A stretch of DNA of 64,000 nt from Chrysomallon squamiferum (taxonomy: Eukaryota; Animalia; Mollusca), in contig CM022671.1 in the NCBI GenBank assembly GCA_012295275.1, positions 34,100,001-34,164,000 on the forward strand, given 5' to 3'. The notes under the pieces were generated by a model. That model saw only the letters and a list, made by a program, of their open reading frames with translations, was not told the DNA's origin and searched no databases. Within the stretch, counting starts at the first letter, position 1. Each line of letters starts with the position of its first letter. Positions 1-14,974 of this stretch are shown here, piece after piece. Both the position numbers and the translations under genes were made by a program.

Positions 1-1714
1 ACAGAATAAGTATTAATATTTTCAGTGTTTGTATTTAAAATACATTTTGAAAAATGTTTTCATAATAAAGAAGGTCACACATGATTAATTATTTTTGAAA
101 CGGATTTAATGATTTTGTACTGGCAAACTATCCATCTGTCCCTGTATATTCTAAATAGCTTGAACGTCTGTGCAGCATGCTAGCTGTGTTCATTGAGCTA
201 TGACCGCATAGTGTGAACCAGTACACATACATTGCTGTCTAGGTCACTTGGCCACCAGATACCAGTATTGGTACAGTTGTTTCTTTTCAAGGATCACTGA
301 CTTACAAGCATGACTGAACAGGCGTGATATAGCATGGTTTTGATGAGCTGTGTGGATTAAAGAAAGAAACAAAATGATATACAAGTCAGGCAAGACTACA
401 TATTATGAGTCTATTTACTAACAAGCACTCAACCTGATAATTGAGATTAAAAGATTGGAGGAAACTGATATGGTTTATAGTCTGTAAGCTAATGCTAATT
501 ATTTGTAAACATATGATCTGTATTTATACATTATAATACTGATTATTATTATTATTTGTATTTATTAAATTATGAGAAAAAATATTACTTTGAATAAATT
601 GAAAACAGAAAAGAAAGAAAAAAACCTTTAATTTTAGTTGATATTTTAATTTACAGTTTTCAAAGTAGATGAAATATTGAAATAACTTTATAATTCAGTA
701 TTTATATATTTCCATATGTATATACTCATTATAACAGATAAAAGCATACACTCTGAAATATATTCACAAACATTCAAATACTTAACATGTACACACATTA
801 ATTTAAATGCATACTAAAACACACACACAAATGCACATAATGCTCTTGTATATAACCTTCATAATGTTAAGGTGTTCTTCAACTAGTTTACAATATATGC
901 AATGAGGTGTAAAAATGTAGATGCTATCTCATGAACAGTTAGTCAAAATAAGTATTAATTTATGGATGAGAAGTAAACATGTTTTAATCTGAACATATGA
1001 GTTTATATTAGCTGTGTAGATCTACAAATCTATAACTGCTACCTAACTTTTTCCCTACCCAGTAAATAATTGTATTTTGACTTGACAGTATTTTACAAGC
1101 TCACAGGTTCATAAAACTAGATAGTCTGTAAGGAATCAATTAACAAATTTATGTTAATGAGAATAATGTTGAAAAACCAAAATAAATAGCTGACACATTT
1201 ACAATGAAAATGTCAGTTTTCATTTCTTTCTTTTTTTTTTCTTTTTTGACACTGGAATTTTGAAAGAGGAAAAAAAATTTTTTTTTTTTGTTGTGTTTTT
1301 TAACATTTCATAAAAGAATTGTTTACTAATTAAATGAACAACATTAATGTGCTTCATGTAACACACTGACAGCAAGCATAAATTAATGGAAAAGTGTCTC
1401 CTCCCTCCAAAACAATCAATTGTAATAGGGTTGGTGGATAAATTTTGTTACAAATAACATAAAAATGTATGTCCACCTACATCGCAAATTCAGAGAAGTG
1501 TATAAATACATATATTTACATGTATATATGCATATTCTGCTTGAAATATAAGGAAAACAGTTTAACCTTAGTAATGAGGATAACAATTAGAACAAAATAT
1601 TAAAAAAAAAAAAGAAGATAAATAAAAAATAGAATAGACATATATTTAATCATTCATTAAGATATTTCATAATAATAATTAGGTGAAATGTATTTTGTAG
1701 TAAATGAAATTTTG

Positions 1715-1758
<44 letters not shown>

Positions 1759-4109
1759 ATATGTGCATGTGTGTGTGTTTATATATGTAAATGTTTTCCA
1801 GTAGAAAAAGCTTGTTTTGAATGTTTGTGTAGATTTAACAAAGACCAAATAATAATAATAATATAAATAAAAAAAATTAACTAATGAAAAAATGTTTTTA
1901 AATTCTTTTTTTTTTTTTTTTTTTTTTTTTGCATTGTAAATATGATATATGTATTAAAATAGAAATTATCAGTATCCATCTCGTAACACATCATTCATCC
2001 TGAAAAAAAATGCAAATATCCTATAAAAGTAACAACTTGAAGTGTCTGTTTTTTAAAATATACAGAACTGTTTAGTAATGAACAAAATGAAAATTTCATG
2101 ATTCCCTTCACATTAAATATAGAAACATGTTCTATGCATTCATTAAACCAGTTGTTAAATAATAAAAATTGACATACAGCCATATATACAGTCGCATTGG
2201 GTTGTGTTATCTTGCATAAATATATATGTATTTTTTTCACTTTATTCTTTTGAAGTGGACACATGCAGTCACAATCATGTTCTAATAGTCTGAAAGTAAT
2301 GCATAATTACATTCACATACACAATTTTGATACACTATTTCCCATTCATGGCAGTGCTTGAGGCTTGGTATATCAAAAGCCTATGGGAAGGTTATTATAA
2401 AAGTAGTTTCTAAGGGTAAAATGGTAACAGTGGATTTCTGCATTCTTATTATCATTGTCTAGTCACATGATTGACATCTGATGACAGTTCTTATAAAAAC
2501 AACTATTCATATTTTTAATGTGAAAATATGATGCACAAACATTAGAACAAAATAAATAAAAATGGTAATAGGCTGTTTTGTTTATGTGTGTTTATGTTTG
2601 TTTTGTTTTTTAAACAAAGAATGAATTTAGGAACTTTTTTTTTCTTCTTGTTTTATAAAAATAAACTGCAGATGCTTCTGACAGAGGCTAAATATTGTGG
2701 TGATGTGGTTCTTTTACAAAAAAATCTCATGACTATATTGAAAAAGCCCATCCAAGGAAAAAGACAGTAAAATAGAACAATAATACAAATTTTAATGTTT
2801 CATTTTGTAGCTTTTTTTTTTTTTGGTATTACTGCTTGAAACAGTTTTAAGGACTAGCATTATGTTCACATATACAAATATCAATGGGTTTTTCTAATGT
2901 TTCCCATTTCTTTGATGATTAGGTACCTGTAGTTCTCACCTGTAGTGGTAATAAACATATGTACACCTGTCATCTTATAAATGGTTTGTCACTAACCTGG
3001 ATCTAAGTGACTGCTCCTTTCTTGTTGTGTAAACTAGCCCTGAGGGTTTCTGTTTACGGATTTTATATTTCTTTCGTCTCTTTTGGAAGAGCACCTATCC
3101 ATCAATACTGTATAAAGTTTATGAGATCTGCATTACCGCTGGCAGTTATTACAGGTAACCAGGTGTATTTCTACCTGCCAGGGTAAACGTTCTCTAGCAG
3201 ATTTTATTGTTTAGATATATTTTAAGAAATAGTTCTACAAAATTGACAAGTTGACTTTTTATAAATTGTATTTATACAGTAATTATATTTACATTTGACA
3301 GAGGCAACATTTTAATGTTTGTGATTTATGTACAAGGTAGTGAATGGTTTAAATTTATCATTTAAATATTTATTAATATTTTAAATTATTTTAATTTTAA
3401 ATTTGTTTATTAAAAATTGTACAATGTATTATTTAGAATTCATCATGTATGTAGGTATATGCTAGTATAATTACAAAGCCACCCACAAATTAAATATGTG
3501 ACAAATGATGTGTTTAAAAAGTGACAATTTGCTGGCATATGGAATCCATATATACTGTTTGTTCTGTGATGTGTGTATATATATGTGTGTATGTGTGTGT
3601 GTGTTTGTGTGTGTATTGTTACATTAGAGTAATCAGTAGTGAAGTACTGTATATACTGTTTTTACTTTTATTTTTATTTTTTTGTTTTTATTGTTCTTTG
3701 TATACAAAATTTTCCCCTTTTCCTTGTGGTCTTTATATACATATAAACTAAATGTTAATTATTATTGTTTTTTCTTTAAACCAGAAAACAACAACAACAG
3801 TGCAGTGTATATCTTTAGTGGGTTTCTTTTTATTTAGTTATTCACATATATAAAAGGAAGAACACTTAGAAAATTAAGAAATAAAAAGTAATTAAAACAA
3901 AACTAAATACATTTAAGAAAATTTGTGATGTTAAACCATCTTCTTTGACAATTGTAGTTCATAATAATGCAAGAAATTTTTTCTTCTGTTTGTGTTAATG
4001 TAGTTTATATGTATAAATTATGTATGTGGGTGAATATGTATGTATATACTTGTATGAATTATGGATATGACTGAATTACATACTAAGTATACATATGTGT
4101 ATGTATGTG

Positions 4110-4152
<43 letters not shown>

Positions 4153-4961
4153 GTGTTTATTTGTGTGTATGGGTATCAGCATGTGTATGTATATGTGTGT
4201 CTGTGGGTGAGTAATACTGAAAGTTGAAACTTTAGTGTACAGGATATGTTTAACTTGTTGTGGTCACTGCAGTCCCTGCTTGTTCCACATTTCATATTAG
4301 TGTCTGTAGTGTGAAAGCTTATGAATTCTTGCCTCGTGTCATCTGGTAGATCAATGCTATAGGTTGGAACTGCTGTCTATCAAAGGAAACATTACACTGT
4401 GACCATGCTGGTATTGAACACTTTTTTTTTTTCGGGGGGGTCTCTCCCACAATATTTTTATCTTATTTTGTAATCAGTAACTGACAAAGCTGTTAGCATA
4501 TTATTAAATGTGGATGTATTGTTTGCTTTCAGTGCAGATGTTGGAAGAAAACAAACACATGAGGATGGGAAATTTTTAAATATATTTGCACTTGTTTTTC
4601 TTTTAAATACTTTGGTGAAGTTTTAATTTCTTTCTGTGTAGTAAACAGACAGCTTAATTATGTATATTCATCAGATTTAATCACTTTTAAATAACTGGTA
4701 TGTGGATGGGTTTTTAAATTTTTATATGTATATGAGTCCCGTCATTGAAATTTGAATCTCTTTAGTAACTTTTGAACATTGGCAGCGTATTGATTTTCTG
4801 TGTTTTAACTGCTAGTGGTCACAACTTAGATGGATTTTTCTTCCTAATACAAACCTCTGTCTCATCTGTCCAACAGTGTGAATTGTTGTTTCTGTCGGAC
4901 GCAAGTGGGTTGTGATCTGGCGTAAATCTTTACTTCATCCGGACACCTTCGTGTTGTTAAA

Positions 4962-5297
4962 ATGGACACAGCATTAATGAAAATACCATTCAACATGGAT
5001 ATGAAGTATTTTCCTGTGGGTAACAGTGGGCCTTGTCAGTGTTGTGAACCTCCACCACTGTTACACCCACCTTCATATAAGTTATACGTTTCCCAACCAC
5101 CACTGGTTAGGCCACATTTGAGGAGATCAAACAAAATGAATTTTTTTTTCACCTCTGATGAAGCTTGTAAAAGTGAAAACATACCTCTGATGTTTTCTAA
5201 TAAATATCAAAAATCATTGTCCCCATTGTTTGACTACAGAAAACAAAACTCTTCTTCATTGGCTGTGCATGACAGAGGTTTACATTCTTTCAAACAG
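4962..5297 (+). CDS. FoxP: FoxP candidate first coding exon (E1), 112 aa, MDTALMKIPF...GLHSFKQ
   Basis: Non-repetitive 336-nt ORF with an in-frame TAA upstream at 4923-4925. It ends at a strong donor CAG|GTAAGA in phase 0, matching E2. Possible acceptor ccaacag| at 4876. No homology recognised. Confidence 0.6.
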
Positions 5298-5349
5298 GTA
5301 AGATGTTTGCCATACTTTTACTTCCTCTAGATTATCTAGAAGATTTTTT

Positions 5350-5820
5350 TTTAAAGTTAAACATAAATCTCTAAATTACACAAAATATCTCTCTGTATTT
5401 GACAAAATATCTGAGTATGATTTAGAGACACAATATCTGACTCTAAATTAAAGAAAAATGTTCGAACTGTGGAGTGGAGACAAAATATTTTAACTATGAA
5501 TTTGATAGCATATTTTAACTATGAACTTTGAATTGGTGACAACATATCTGACTTTGAATTACACAAAATATTTGACCATGAATAAGTTAAAATAACTGAC
5601 CATAAATTGGACAAAATATCTGACTGAATTGGAGACACAATATCAGATATTTGACAAAATCTATGAATTTGACAGAATATTTGTCTATAAATTAAACAAA
5701 ATATCTGACCTCTGAATTAGACAAAATATCTATGAATTAAAGACAGATATCTAAGCTATAATTTAGACAAATCTGAACTGTGATTTAGAAACAAGTAATT
5801 AAACTATGAATTGGTGATAG
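5350..5820 (+). repeat. Degenerate minisatellite, ~22-26 bp unit like GACAAAATATCTGACTATGAATT
   Basis: Recurring ACAAAATATCT / CTATGAATT / AGACA motifs immediately after the E1 donor. Confidence 0.85.
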
Positions 5821-7994
5821 TATATAGCTGTAATATATATCTGTAAGATACACCATTTTTAAACACAACTGGTATACTTGAAAATTATAAGAAAGGACAG
5901 TATTTCACTGTAAACAAAATAACTCAGTTATTAAATACAGAATAGTTGAAAACTATAATAAGGTGTATTAGATACAGGGATCATCTACCACATTTGGTAA
6001 ACATTTTATTTAATTTTTAATGTGCAACAGAATATTTGAAAATTTTAGTATACACTTTTAGATACAGACCATCTATTCTGTTTTTTTAGAAAAGAGTAAC
6101 TTGACTGAAATGGAGATGGCTTGTCTAAAAAGAATAACATTTGCACACTAGTGTGACTGCTCAGTTTTATTATTAAATGTTTATAAATGAATTTTTCTTT
6201 TTGACTGATGTTGATGTTTGTAGAAATACCTTTGTAAACATCTCTCTTAATTCTTATGACCTTTGGTTTATATATTAGGTACAAATCATTCACTGATATC
6301 TGTTAATGCATGGATTTGAAATCTAAGAATTAGACTGAACAATGATGTATATACAGCTTGTTTTCACATGATATTTAATCTTTAACAGGTATAATGTGAG
6401 ATATCTGATACTTCACTTAACAGAAATGCTGGTTTTTGCAGTTGTTAATGGCGTGAACATTTCCCATATAAAATGACTAGAGTAATCCATACAACTCAAA
6501 AATATTTATTTATTTATTTATTTATTCAGTTTTTGATATTAATATTTTCTTGGGGGGAAAAAACTACATTAACTTCAAATGCATCTACATTATTAGTCAT
6601 ATTAACAATAGGAATTATGTTATTTCAGTGTATGTTTTCAAATTTTATAAATTTTGGCAATGTGTAAATGAATAAAAACAAATCAAACATTGCTATTATG
6701 GTAAGTGCAGAAAAATAGTAATTATTTATGTATTGTTCATCAATCAGACTGATATGTTTAAATCATAACAAGAAAAAACAAAGTCATACATGGATATCAA
6801 TTAAAGTTGTTTATATACAATTGTTTTTGAAGTACTAAATTATAATTAATTAACTTAGGACAGTAAAATGTTGATTGAGTAGTTATGTTCAAATTGAAGA
6901 AACTCATTAATTAATACAATTTAATTATAAAATACAAAATAAATGATATTAAAAGTAAAATTAAAAATGTAAAATTTAGTTTAATAGATAATCATTTTAA
7001 CAGTGTAGCCTGACTTGCCTGTCAGAAGCACTGAAAATTAAATAATATGTAATGATATGGTGGAACAATAAATAACTGATGCTATGTATTACAGCAGAAA
7101 TTTGAAATGTTTAAAAAATTGTGATTCAAAAGAGAAAAAAAGAATTAAAAAGTTACGCATATAATAAAAACTTTAAAAAAAATATCAAAATGTACGTTTA
7201 ATCTTTAGATTTTAATATGAAAAAAATAACTTTATCCTGTGTAATCTCCTGTTAATTATTACCAAAAGTTTTCAATAAATAATTCAGATAAGATTACAAC
7301 TGGAATTAACCCAAGTGATGAGGGATGATTCTGGTTTGTTACATAGAATAGAATTAATTTTGTTTTGCTGTATACAAATTTATGAATATTTAACAAAAAA
7401 CAAAAATAAAAAATAAATTAAAATTAAACAAAACACGAATCATAGATATTCTGCAAACATTTAAAAAGTGAGATAGAAAATAAAATCTGCTTGTCAAATG
7501 GATTATCCAACATTACATTGCCATCTGCCATATAACAAGCTCTGAGCATACATTGTGTTCCAGTCACATGACATTCATTTAGATAATTAGCAGCTATTTT
7601 TTGTTCTGCTTTTATGTTTCACATACATATCTGCTATTGTTTCATTACTGTTACATCCCTTATCATACGGCTTCATTGGTAAATTTTATTGGTTCAGGCT
7701 AATTTAGCAGATCTTGTTTATAAAAAATCATGGTATTTTTGGTGAGGAAATGTACAGAAAAGATCCATCTCTGTAAATACTAATCTAAACATGAAATCAT
7801 GACACAGTATCAGTGATAAAGCATTGTGACTGATTATACTTTACTTAAAAAAATAATAATTATAATTTCGTCATTGCCATAGATTTCAAAGAAAAAATTT
7901 AATAAATGTTTATCGAATATATTTGTTAAATTTACATTTTTTTAAGTTTAAACAATATATTACTTTTAATTTATAAATAAAACTGTTTTCTAAT

Positions 7995-8185
7995 ATTATA
8001 AAATTGTTTGAAAAAATAAAACAAAATTTCACTATTGAAATGATGAAAAATTATTTGCAAGTGAAATGCATGTAACATTTTAGTAATATTTTCAAATATA
8101 AAATGATTTTAAAAAATAAAACAAAATTTTAATATTGAAATGATGGAAAATCATTTGCAAGTGAAATACTGTGTATCATTTTAAA
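7995..8185 (+). repeat. Tandem duplication, period 100 bp
   Basis: AAAAAATAAAACAAAATTT..ATTGAAATGATG.AAAAT.ATTTGCAAGTGAAAT at 8011 and 8111. Confidence 0.88.
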
Positions 8186-11100
8186 TATTTAAAACACTAT
8201 TTTTATTAGTCATTTTGCATGGCCTTTGATTTCAAACAGAAACTTTCTAAACAGTATAAATTGTTTACTGAATATATTTGTTTCTTTTATGTAAAAATTA
8301 TTATTATTATTATTATTTTGTTTTTTTGGTTTCTAATTCAAACAAATTTTTCACATTGAAATAATTTAGTCCTCAGTTTATTAATTTAAAAATATCTTAT
8401 TTTACATTTCAGGCTTAAAATGAAACTTTTTAATTACTATTATTTTAAAAATGTTTAAAAACCTCTGTAAAAGTACAATTCATAAAAAAGAGATAAACCT
8501 GCAAAAAATTATATTTCTATTTTTAAATGAGTCATCTTCTCAGACATTTTGTTGTTATTTTAAAGCTGTTTTCTAAATGACAGATCTTTAAATAGGAGAG
8601 GTGCACCTACTGATCCTTTATGACACACTGTAAAAATGACACAAAATTGCCGTAAAACATTCAGCCTGCGGTATATGGGTCAGTCATGAATGAATTATAG
8701 TACACAATCTTTTGTTTAGTCATCAAAATTTGCTTGCAGAAAGGAGGCTGTATCTTGTGGTTTTTATTTTTATTTTTAATTTTTATTTTGTTGATCATTT
8801 TCTTTAGGCTAGGCAGGTTAGAAACCTTCTAACTGTAATCAGTGGTTTGTCGCAATTTTTATTCCATTAGGTAGTTAAATGTCACTTCTGTCAAAATTTG
8901 ATTACTGAAGAAATACTATATCTTTTTGGTTTTTATTTTAATTTTTAATTTTGTTAAATTGTTTTTTGTTCTGGACAGCTTTTAGAGAAGTAATAATATC
9001 TTCAAGTAAGAATATATTTATTTAAATCAAATATCACTAATTTCCTTAAAATCTTTGTTGAAAAGGAAAGATCATAAATTGAATTGTTTGTTTTTATTTC
9101 TTATATCTTTGTTTTATTTTACTTTATAGTAGGCTTGTTGGATGAGAAATACCTCCACTGTGTGGTAAACTAATTCTTTTTTATCAGTTAATCAGTTGAC
9201 ATTGTAATGTCTTTATAAAAAAAAATATGTTCCCCTACATAAAAAAACAACAACTTACAAACACAACAAAAAACAAAAAGAAAACTCAAATGAAAACCAC
9301 CTGAAAAGTTAAACAGTAATTAATTAGTAAGAAATTGTCAGAAAAATATGTTAACAATTTCCTTTTAATAAATCTCAAAGATTAATTTGATTATATTTTT
9401 TTTCAATCTTTGTAATACAAGCTGTTAGACTCATAAAAATAGTTATTCTGATTTTTTTTTCTGCTTTTCTGAACAGATACAGTGAAGTAAAATTAATTTG
9501 AAAACACTTGAGCTGAATTATTTACAGTCTGTATCTTTTGTTTTTTTGCTTCTTGTTATTTTAAGTCCTAAATGTTTATTTGCATTATTATGACATAGAT
9601 CAATTCACACTAGTGTAACAGATAAATGAATAGTTTATGAAACCTGAAATCATTTTAATTTTCAGTTATTAGAATGTAAACATAAATAACAAAATTTTAC
9701 CTGAAACATTGATGTAAGTAAGTAAAGTATCAAAACATGCTCTATGTTTGTGGCCATATTTTTTGCATTTGTGTTCATTATACTTTGAGAAAGGAAACAA
9801 GTTGCTCTTTTTGATTAGCAGCAAGAGATCTTTTATGTTGTTTTCTGTACACAGATGGGAAAAAAAGAACTTGACAGTATATGATTTAAAAATACTTTTC
9901 AGAGTTAGTGTGTGTGTGTGAGTGTGTGTAAATATGTATGATTATATCTGCATTTATGCGTAAATAATTACAGGTATTTTTTTTTTTTTAAAACATTTCA
10001 TGCAAAAACCTTTATTGAAAAAGGGGAGAGAAAAGAATATTATTCTTGTTAATATATGTATTTTCAAACTGTTGATTTGACATGTAAAAAGAAAAAAAAA
10101 AAAATGGTTTGAATGATTAAATCTTTCCAGTTGTAATTTTAATCAAAACAGATTCTTTTAGTTTCCAATTTGTTTTACTCTGTCAGTGTTATTTTTATTT
10201 TGATATAGTTTGAAATGTTATTTGTTAAATAATATTATTTTACTTGTTAATGATGGCAGGTCTTCCAATGGTTTTGTCACCAGTGTAATTGGTTTTGTAG
10301 ACATGGGAACTGAAAAGTAAAAAGTAGCTCAGGCATAAAATTGCCAAATAGTTTTTCCTTGATACAGTTTAAAATGAAATATTTTGGAACTTTATATCAT
10401 TGTTTGCATTGATGGAAAAATTTGTTTTCACTTTTAACATGTCTGTCATAAGTGTTTTGCTGCAGTCTGAGAATTGAAAAAATGAATTGAAAAAAAAAAA
10501 AAATGTTATTATTAAGACATTTTAAGTGAACCTTGGGTATGTATATGTGTATATACTGGCTGTCTTTATTCATAAATGTACTGATGTGTATCGTGTATTT
10601 TAATTTCTTTTAATTCTAAGTATATTTATGAATTTATTTATTTTTACATAAATTCCACTGCATAATAATGTTTACATTCTACTCTGTTGTCAACTTTTTC
10701 AAAATGTGATGTATCATATATTTGAACTGAAATATCTCACATCTAAATAATGTGTATATTCATGTATTTTATTTACTGTTGTAAAAATAACACTAAATCT
10801 GATACATGCAACAACAAGTATCAGATTAACATGGTTACTGTGTGTTTTGATCATACCTGTTTTTATATAAATTAGTTTTAATTTTATTACAAATTGAAAT
10901 ATGAAATGAATTATTTAGCCACTAATAAAAAATATTTTGTGTGTATTTTAAAAACCATTTTTTATTAGGCCCATTCTGTGATATATCAGTGAATTCATGA
11001 CATAATAAATATTGAGTAATATATCATCAAGTGCAGTGATAAAAAGTATTAAAATTTTAAATAATAATAATAACAATGATAATAAGAACAACAGTGCATT

Positions 11101-11701
11101 TAAATGATTAAAACACAGTTCACTGCCTGTTTTTATATTCATTTGATCAAATTGTGTTTTAATATTGCTGCTGGCTAGTGCCAAGTCTGATTATGTCTGA
11201 TTTATGTCTGATTATAGAGTCTTTGGTGTTTTATTCAAGAAAGGGAATTAAAGACAATATATTATATTTGGTCACATGCAAATATTTTTGTCCACCATTA
11301 TTATTTTTACTATATAAAGATTTTTTTATGATATTACCAATGTTGATGACTAGTATGATTATCATTATAATAATAATATAAAAACATTAATTAAAAATAT
11401 AATGTATAAAATCTATAATAAGCATTACATTTTTTTGTTGATAATGAAAAAAAAATTTTTTTTGATATTTATCAGATTATATGTATACATGTTTGATAAA
11501 TATCTGTAATATGCAATAACACTTTATTCAGTACAGAAGTCCAAACATTTTAATTTAGGATAAAACAATAAAAAAGATGTGAATAATCTGAAAATTAAGA
11601 TGGCACTGACAGATTCATTGCAAATTACTTTCCTTTGAAATATAATTTTTATGAAAATATTTTTATGAAATTTTTATTTTAAACATGTTTATGTCTTTCA
11701 G

Positions 11702-11842
11702 GATGATGGCATGATGTCAGAAACAGTGAACCAGCAGGACGCGGCAATGAACCTCGCTACTCACAGTGAGGGGAAGGAACCGGGCATGCCTAATGGTGAC
11801 ATACGACAAAATGGCACAGATAATGGACATGACATGGCTGTT
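11702..11842 (+). CDS. FoxP: FoxP exon 2 (DDGMMSETVNQQDAAMNLATHS...HDMAV); ATG at 11711 could be an alternative start
   Basis: tctttcag| acceptor and GTT|gtaagt donor; 141 nt open frame, phase 0/0; GC-rich island in AT-rich intron. Confidence 0.85.
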
Positions 11843-14800
11843 GTAAGTTCTATTTGTGTCTCTTGATAACTACATAATTTGAGTCATTTATCAAATTCAT
11901 TATTATTATATTTGTTCTTGTGTATGTTGTTGTTTTTGTTGTTGTTTAAAATCCTCAGAATTCTTATTTTCATGACAACTGCCCAAACAGCAAAATGTAA
12001 CTTAACATCTTCATGTCTTTAAGTAAATAAAATAATTGTTTTTGTTTTATGTGCATTGATACATTTCACATAAGTGCATACTGATACATGGAAACATAAC
12101 ACACACAAACTATCAATACATACACACATGTTTGTGTGTGTATATATATATATATATCCATATATATCCAACATACATGTACACATAATATACACACGAA
12201 TACACATATTCACCCACATAGATACAGTTTGATATAGGAGATTATAAACATCTGTATTTTGAGTAGGCAGGAAGAAAATGATGTTTTTGCAGAATTTATA
12301 TTTCTCTTGTAACATCATCCAGCTTGTTATGGCAGAAAAACAAGAAGAAAATAAATATTTGTAGGTCAATGTTTGTACGTGCCAATATTCGTCAGCAAAG
12401 GTTTTTCTGAGATGTCTGACTTAGGTATTATACTTACAGTGGCAAAAACAATCTAAATCGTTTATCTTTTGTCTCACACTCTGTTGCAATACAGTGTCAG
12501 CCAGGGGAAGGCTTTGCCATCACACTCATTACAGCAGGCATTTTTCACCCAACGATACATGATCGATCAGAAGATGCTAGGAGATTCATGGGCTCGTGGC
12601 AAAATTTTGTTTCCCTTTTTACCAAAGCCATGTATGTTTGTTCTTTGAGTTCTCATTATCAGCCGGCTGGCCTTTGTTTACTTAGGACCACAGCACAAGA
12701 CTCCCAACAGAAGCCTGCCGTCATTGCCATACACAAAACTCAAGTCGGTAATAAAGGATAGAAACATTTAGTTGCCATCTTGGTCGATTTTTAAATAGAC
12801 CTGACCTCATCTGTTTGAAAAAACACTGAAAAGGTTAATCCATTTTGTTTTGTTTTTTTTGGAAGAAAGTTCTGTTTTGTTTTCTGTACATCTTGAAAGA
12901 GAACAGTTCTTTAGACTTATGCTTGATGACTGACAGTTTATGATAAGAATAATGCAAAATGAATGATGTTTATTTGCTTTGAGCCTGATTTTTCATCTTT
13001 TGGTAACCACTGGCTAAAATTTGTGATAAGCAAAATCTGAATTTTGTGAGCTATCATTTGAGGGAATGAAAATGCTACTCACAGTTTTGTTATACTTCAT
13101 AATTTCTTTAATACAAAACTTTATTCGCACCTTTATTGCCAGTTGATTATCATACACTTGGCAGATTTTGTGCATGCTTCTGTAGAAGCACTGTTATTGT
13201 TCAGTTTGTGGACTGCCAACATTTGGTTTGTGTGTGGATTGGCAACACAGTTTTCAGTGTGGACTGGAAAATCCAGCAGACAAAGGTGGATAGATAGTGC
13301 ATGCTGATGGACACCTAGAGAAAGACAGTCTGCTGGAACTTGATTCTGGAATAAATCTATGGAAATTCTGATGGTGAATCTAGCCTGCTGTTTGATTGGT
13401 TCTTGAAACAGTCACACTCATACATAATCATGCAGCACTGTATTTCAGCTGGCACCAGGTTCTGAGGTTTGTTAAATATAAAAGAAAAAATGAACATGCA
13501 AGTTATTTCATTTAAAATAAGTTTTTAATAATTGAGATAGAAAAACAGGCACTTTATTATAAAGCATTCAGAAAGTGAGCATAAATGTAATTTTGTTAAT
13601 TTTAATTTTAATTTCTTTTTCATATTCATAATAAATTAATTTTAGTTATTTAAATTTTTTCTTTCTTTCTTTCTTTAGTTATTATTATTATTTTTAAACA
13701 ATTATTAATTTTTATGTACTTATTTATTTATTGTTTTGTTTTTTGTTATGCTTATTTTATTCAACTTGTTTACTTATTTACATGTATTTGCTTTAATGAT
13801 TATATTGAGTTAAATATTTTTATTATCAGTTAAAAATGTTGGGTTTTGCTTTTTTATTTTCTTTCTTGAAAACTTAGACAAGTTAATTTAGTTGTAAAAA
13901 TAAATAAATAAATAAATAGCTACAGAAAATAAGGGGAAAAAATTAGTGAAAGTTAAAAAGAACTAACCTTTAAATAAATAAATAAATAAAAGTATTTATT
14001 AGATTTCTAGGAACATCTATGACCAACATCTGTTATATTTTGTAATTTGTATAACTTTGAAGTCTGAAATTTAATGTTTCATAAAATCTTCAGGATTAGA
14101 TAAGCTTCATAAATTTACTGCAGCCTTAAAATATGACTGTTATGTGTGGTCCTGCTCTAGCTTTTGGTGCCTTCTGACACTTCATAATTCATAACATCCT
14201 TTCTGTCTTCTTGTTCATTTTCCCTGTTAGAGTCTGTGCATGTTTTTTCTTGGGTTTTTTTTGTTGTTGTTTTTTAACAGAAAAAATCCATGCCAACATA
14301 AAAAGCTAAAGTAAAACAAAAAAGATATATAAAAAAACAAAAACAAAACAGAATCAAACACACACACACACACAGAAATTAAATTCACCACATAAACAGA
14401 TGTACACAGAAAACTACTCTAAAAATTAGTTTTTGTTGTTATTTTATTGTTGGATATGTTTTCTGAATAAAAAGCCTTTGAAAAATATTTCAAGTTACAC
14501 TTCATTGAATTGTCGACCATTTAATACATGTAAACTTGCAAGCTTTTAATACATCTATATCAAAACAGCGTATTGCATTTCCATCTGAAAAGAAAAATAT
14601 ATTCTCCATTTTTCAGCAGCTTGATTTTCCTTTGTGCGTGTTTGTAAATTATACATGTTCATGAGGATTATATAGCAGTAGGTCTTGTTCTGCATGTATA
14701 TAATTCATTCGGGATGTATCCCATTTTTAAATGGGCTGTTATTTGATAGTCTTTCTTCTACAATTGTTTGTTCAGATTCTGTTGATACTGCTCAGAAAGA

Positions 14801-14904
14801 AACATTTGTAAGAAGTATCATAGTCTGAAAATAAAAGCTAAAATATTAAACACACACACACACACACACATACACACATACACAGACAAAAAAACATCCT
14901 CATC

Positions 14905-14906
<2 letters not shown>

Positions 14907-14971
<65 letters not shown>

Positions 14972-14974
14972 ACA
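14907..14974. repeat. (CA)n microsatellite; similar (GT)n tracts near 1717-1754, 25026-25125, 31677-31726, 35624-35688, 47421-47477
   Basis: Direct inspection. Confidence 0.95.

Noticed and set aside
5350-5820. Repeat array superficially like CRISPR (also 61400-61640)
   Set aside because: Eukaryotic intron or flank; degenerate head-to-tail units, no unique spacers, no cas genes.
12640-12750. Possible cassette exon ending at CG|GTAATA (12747)
   Set aside because: No ATG after the in-frame stop, and candidate acceptors give 85, 62 or 37 nt, none frame-preserving.
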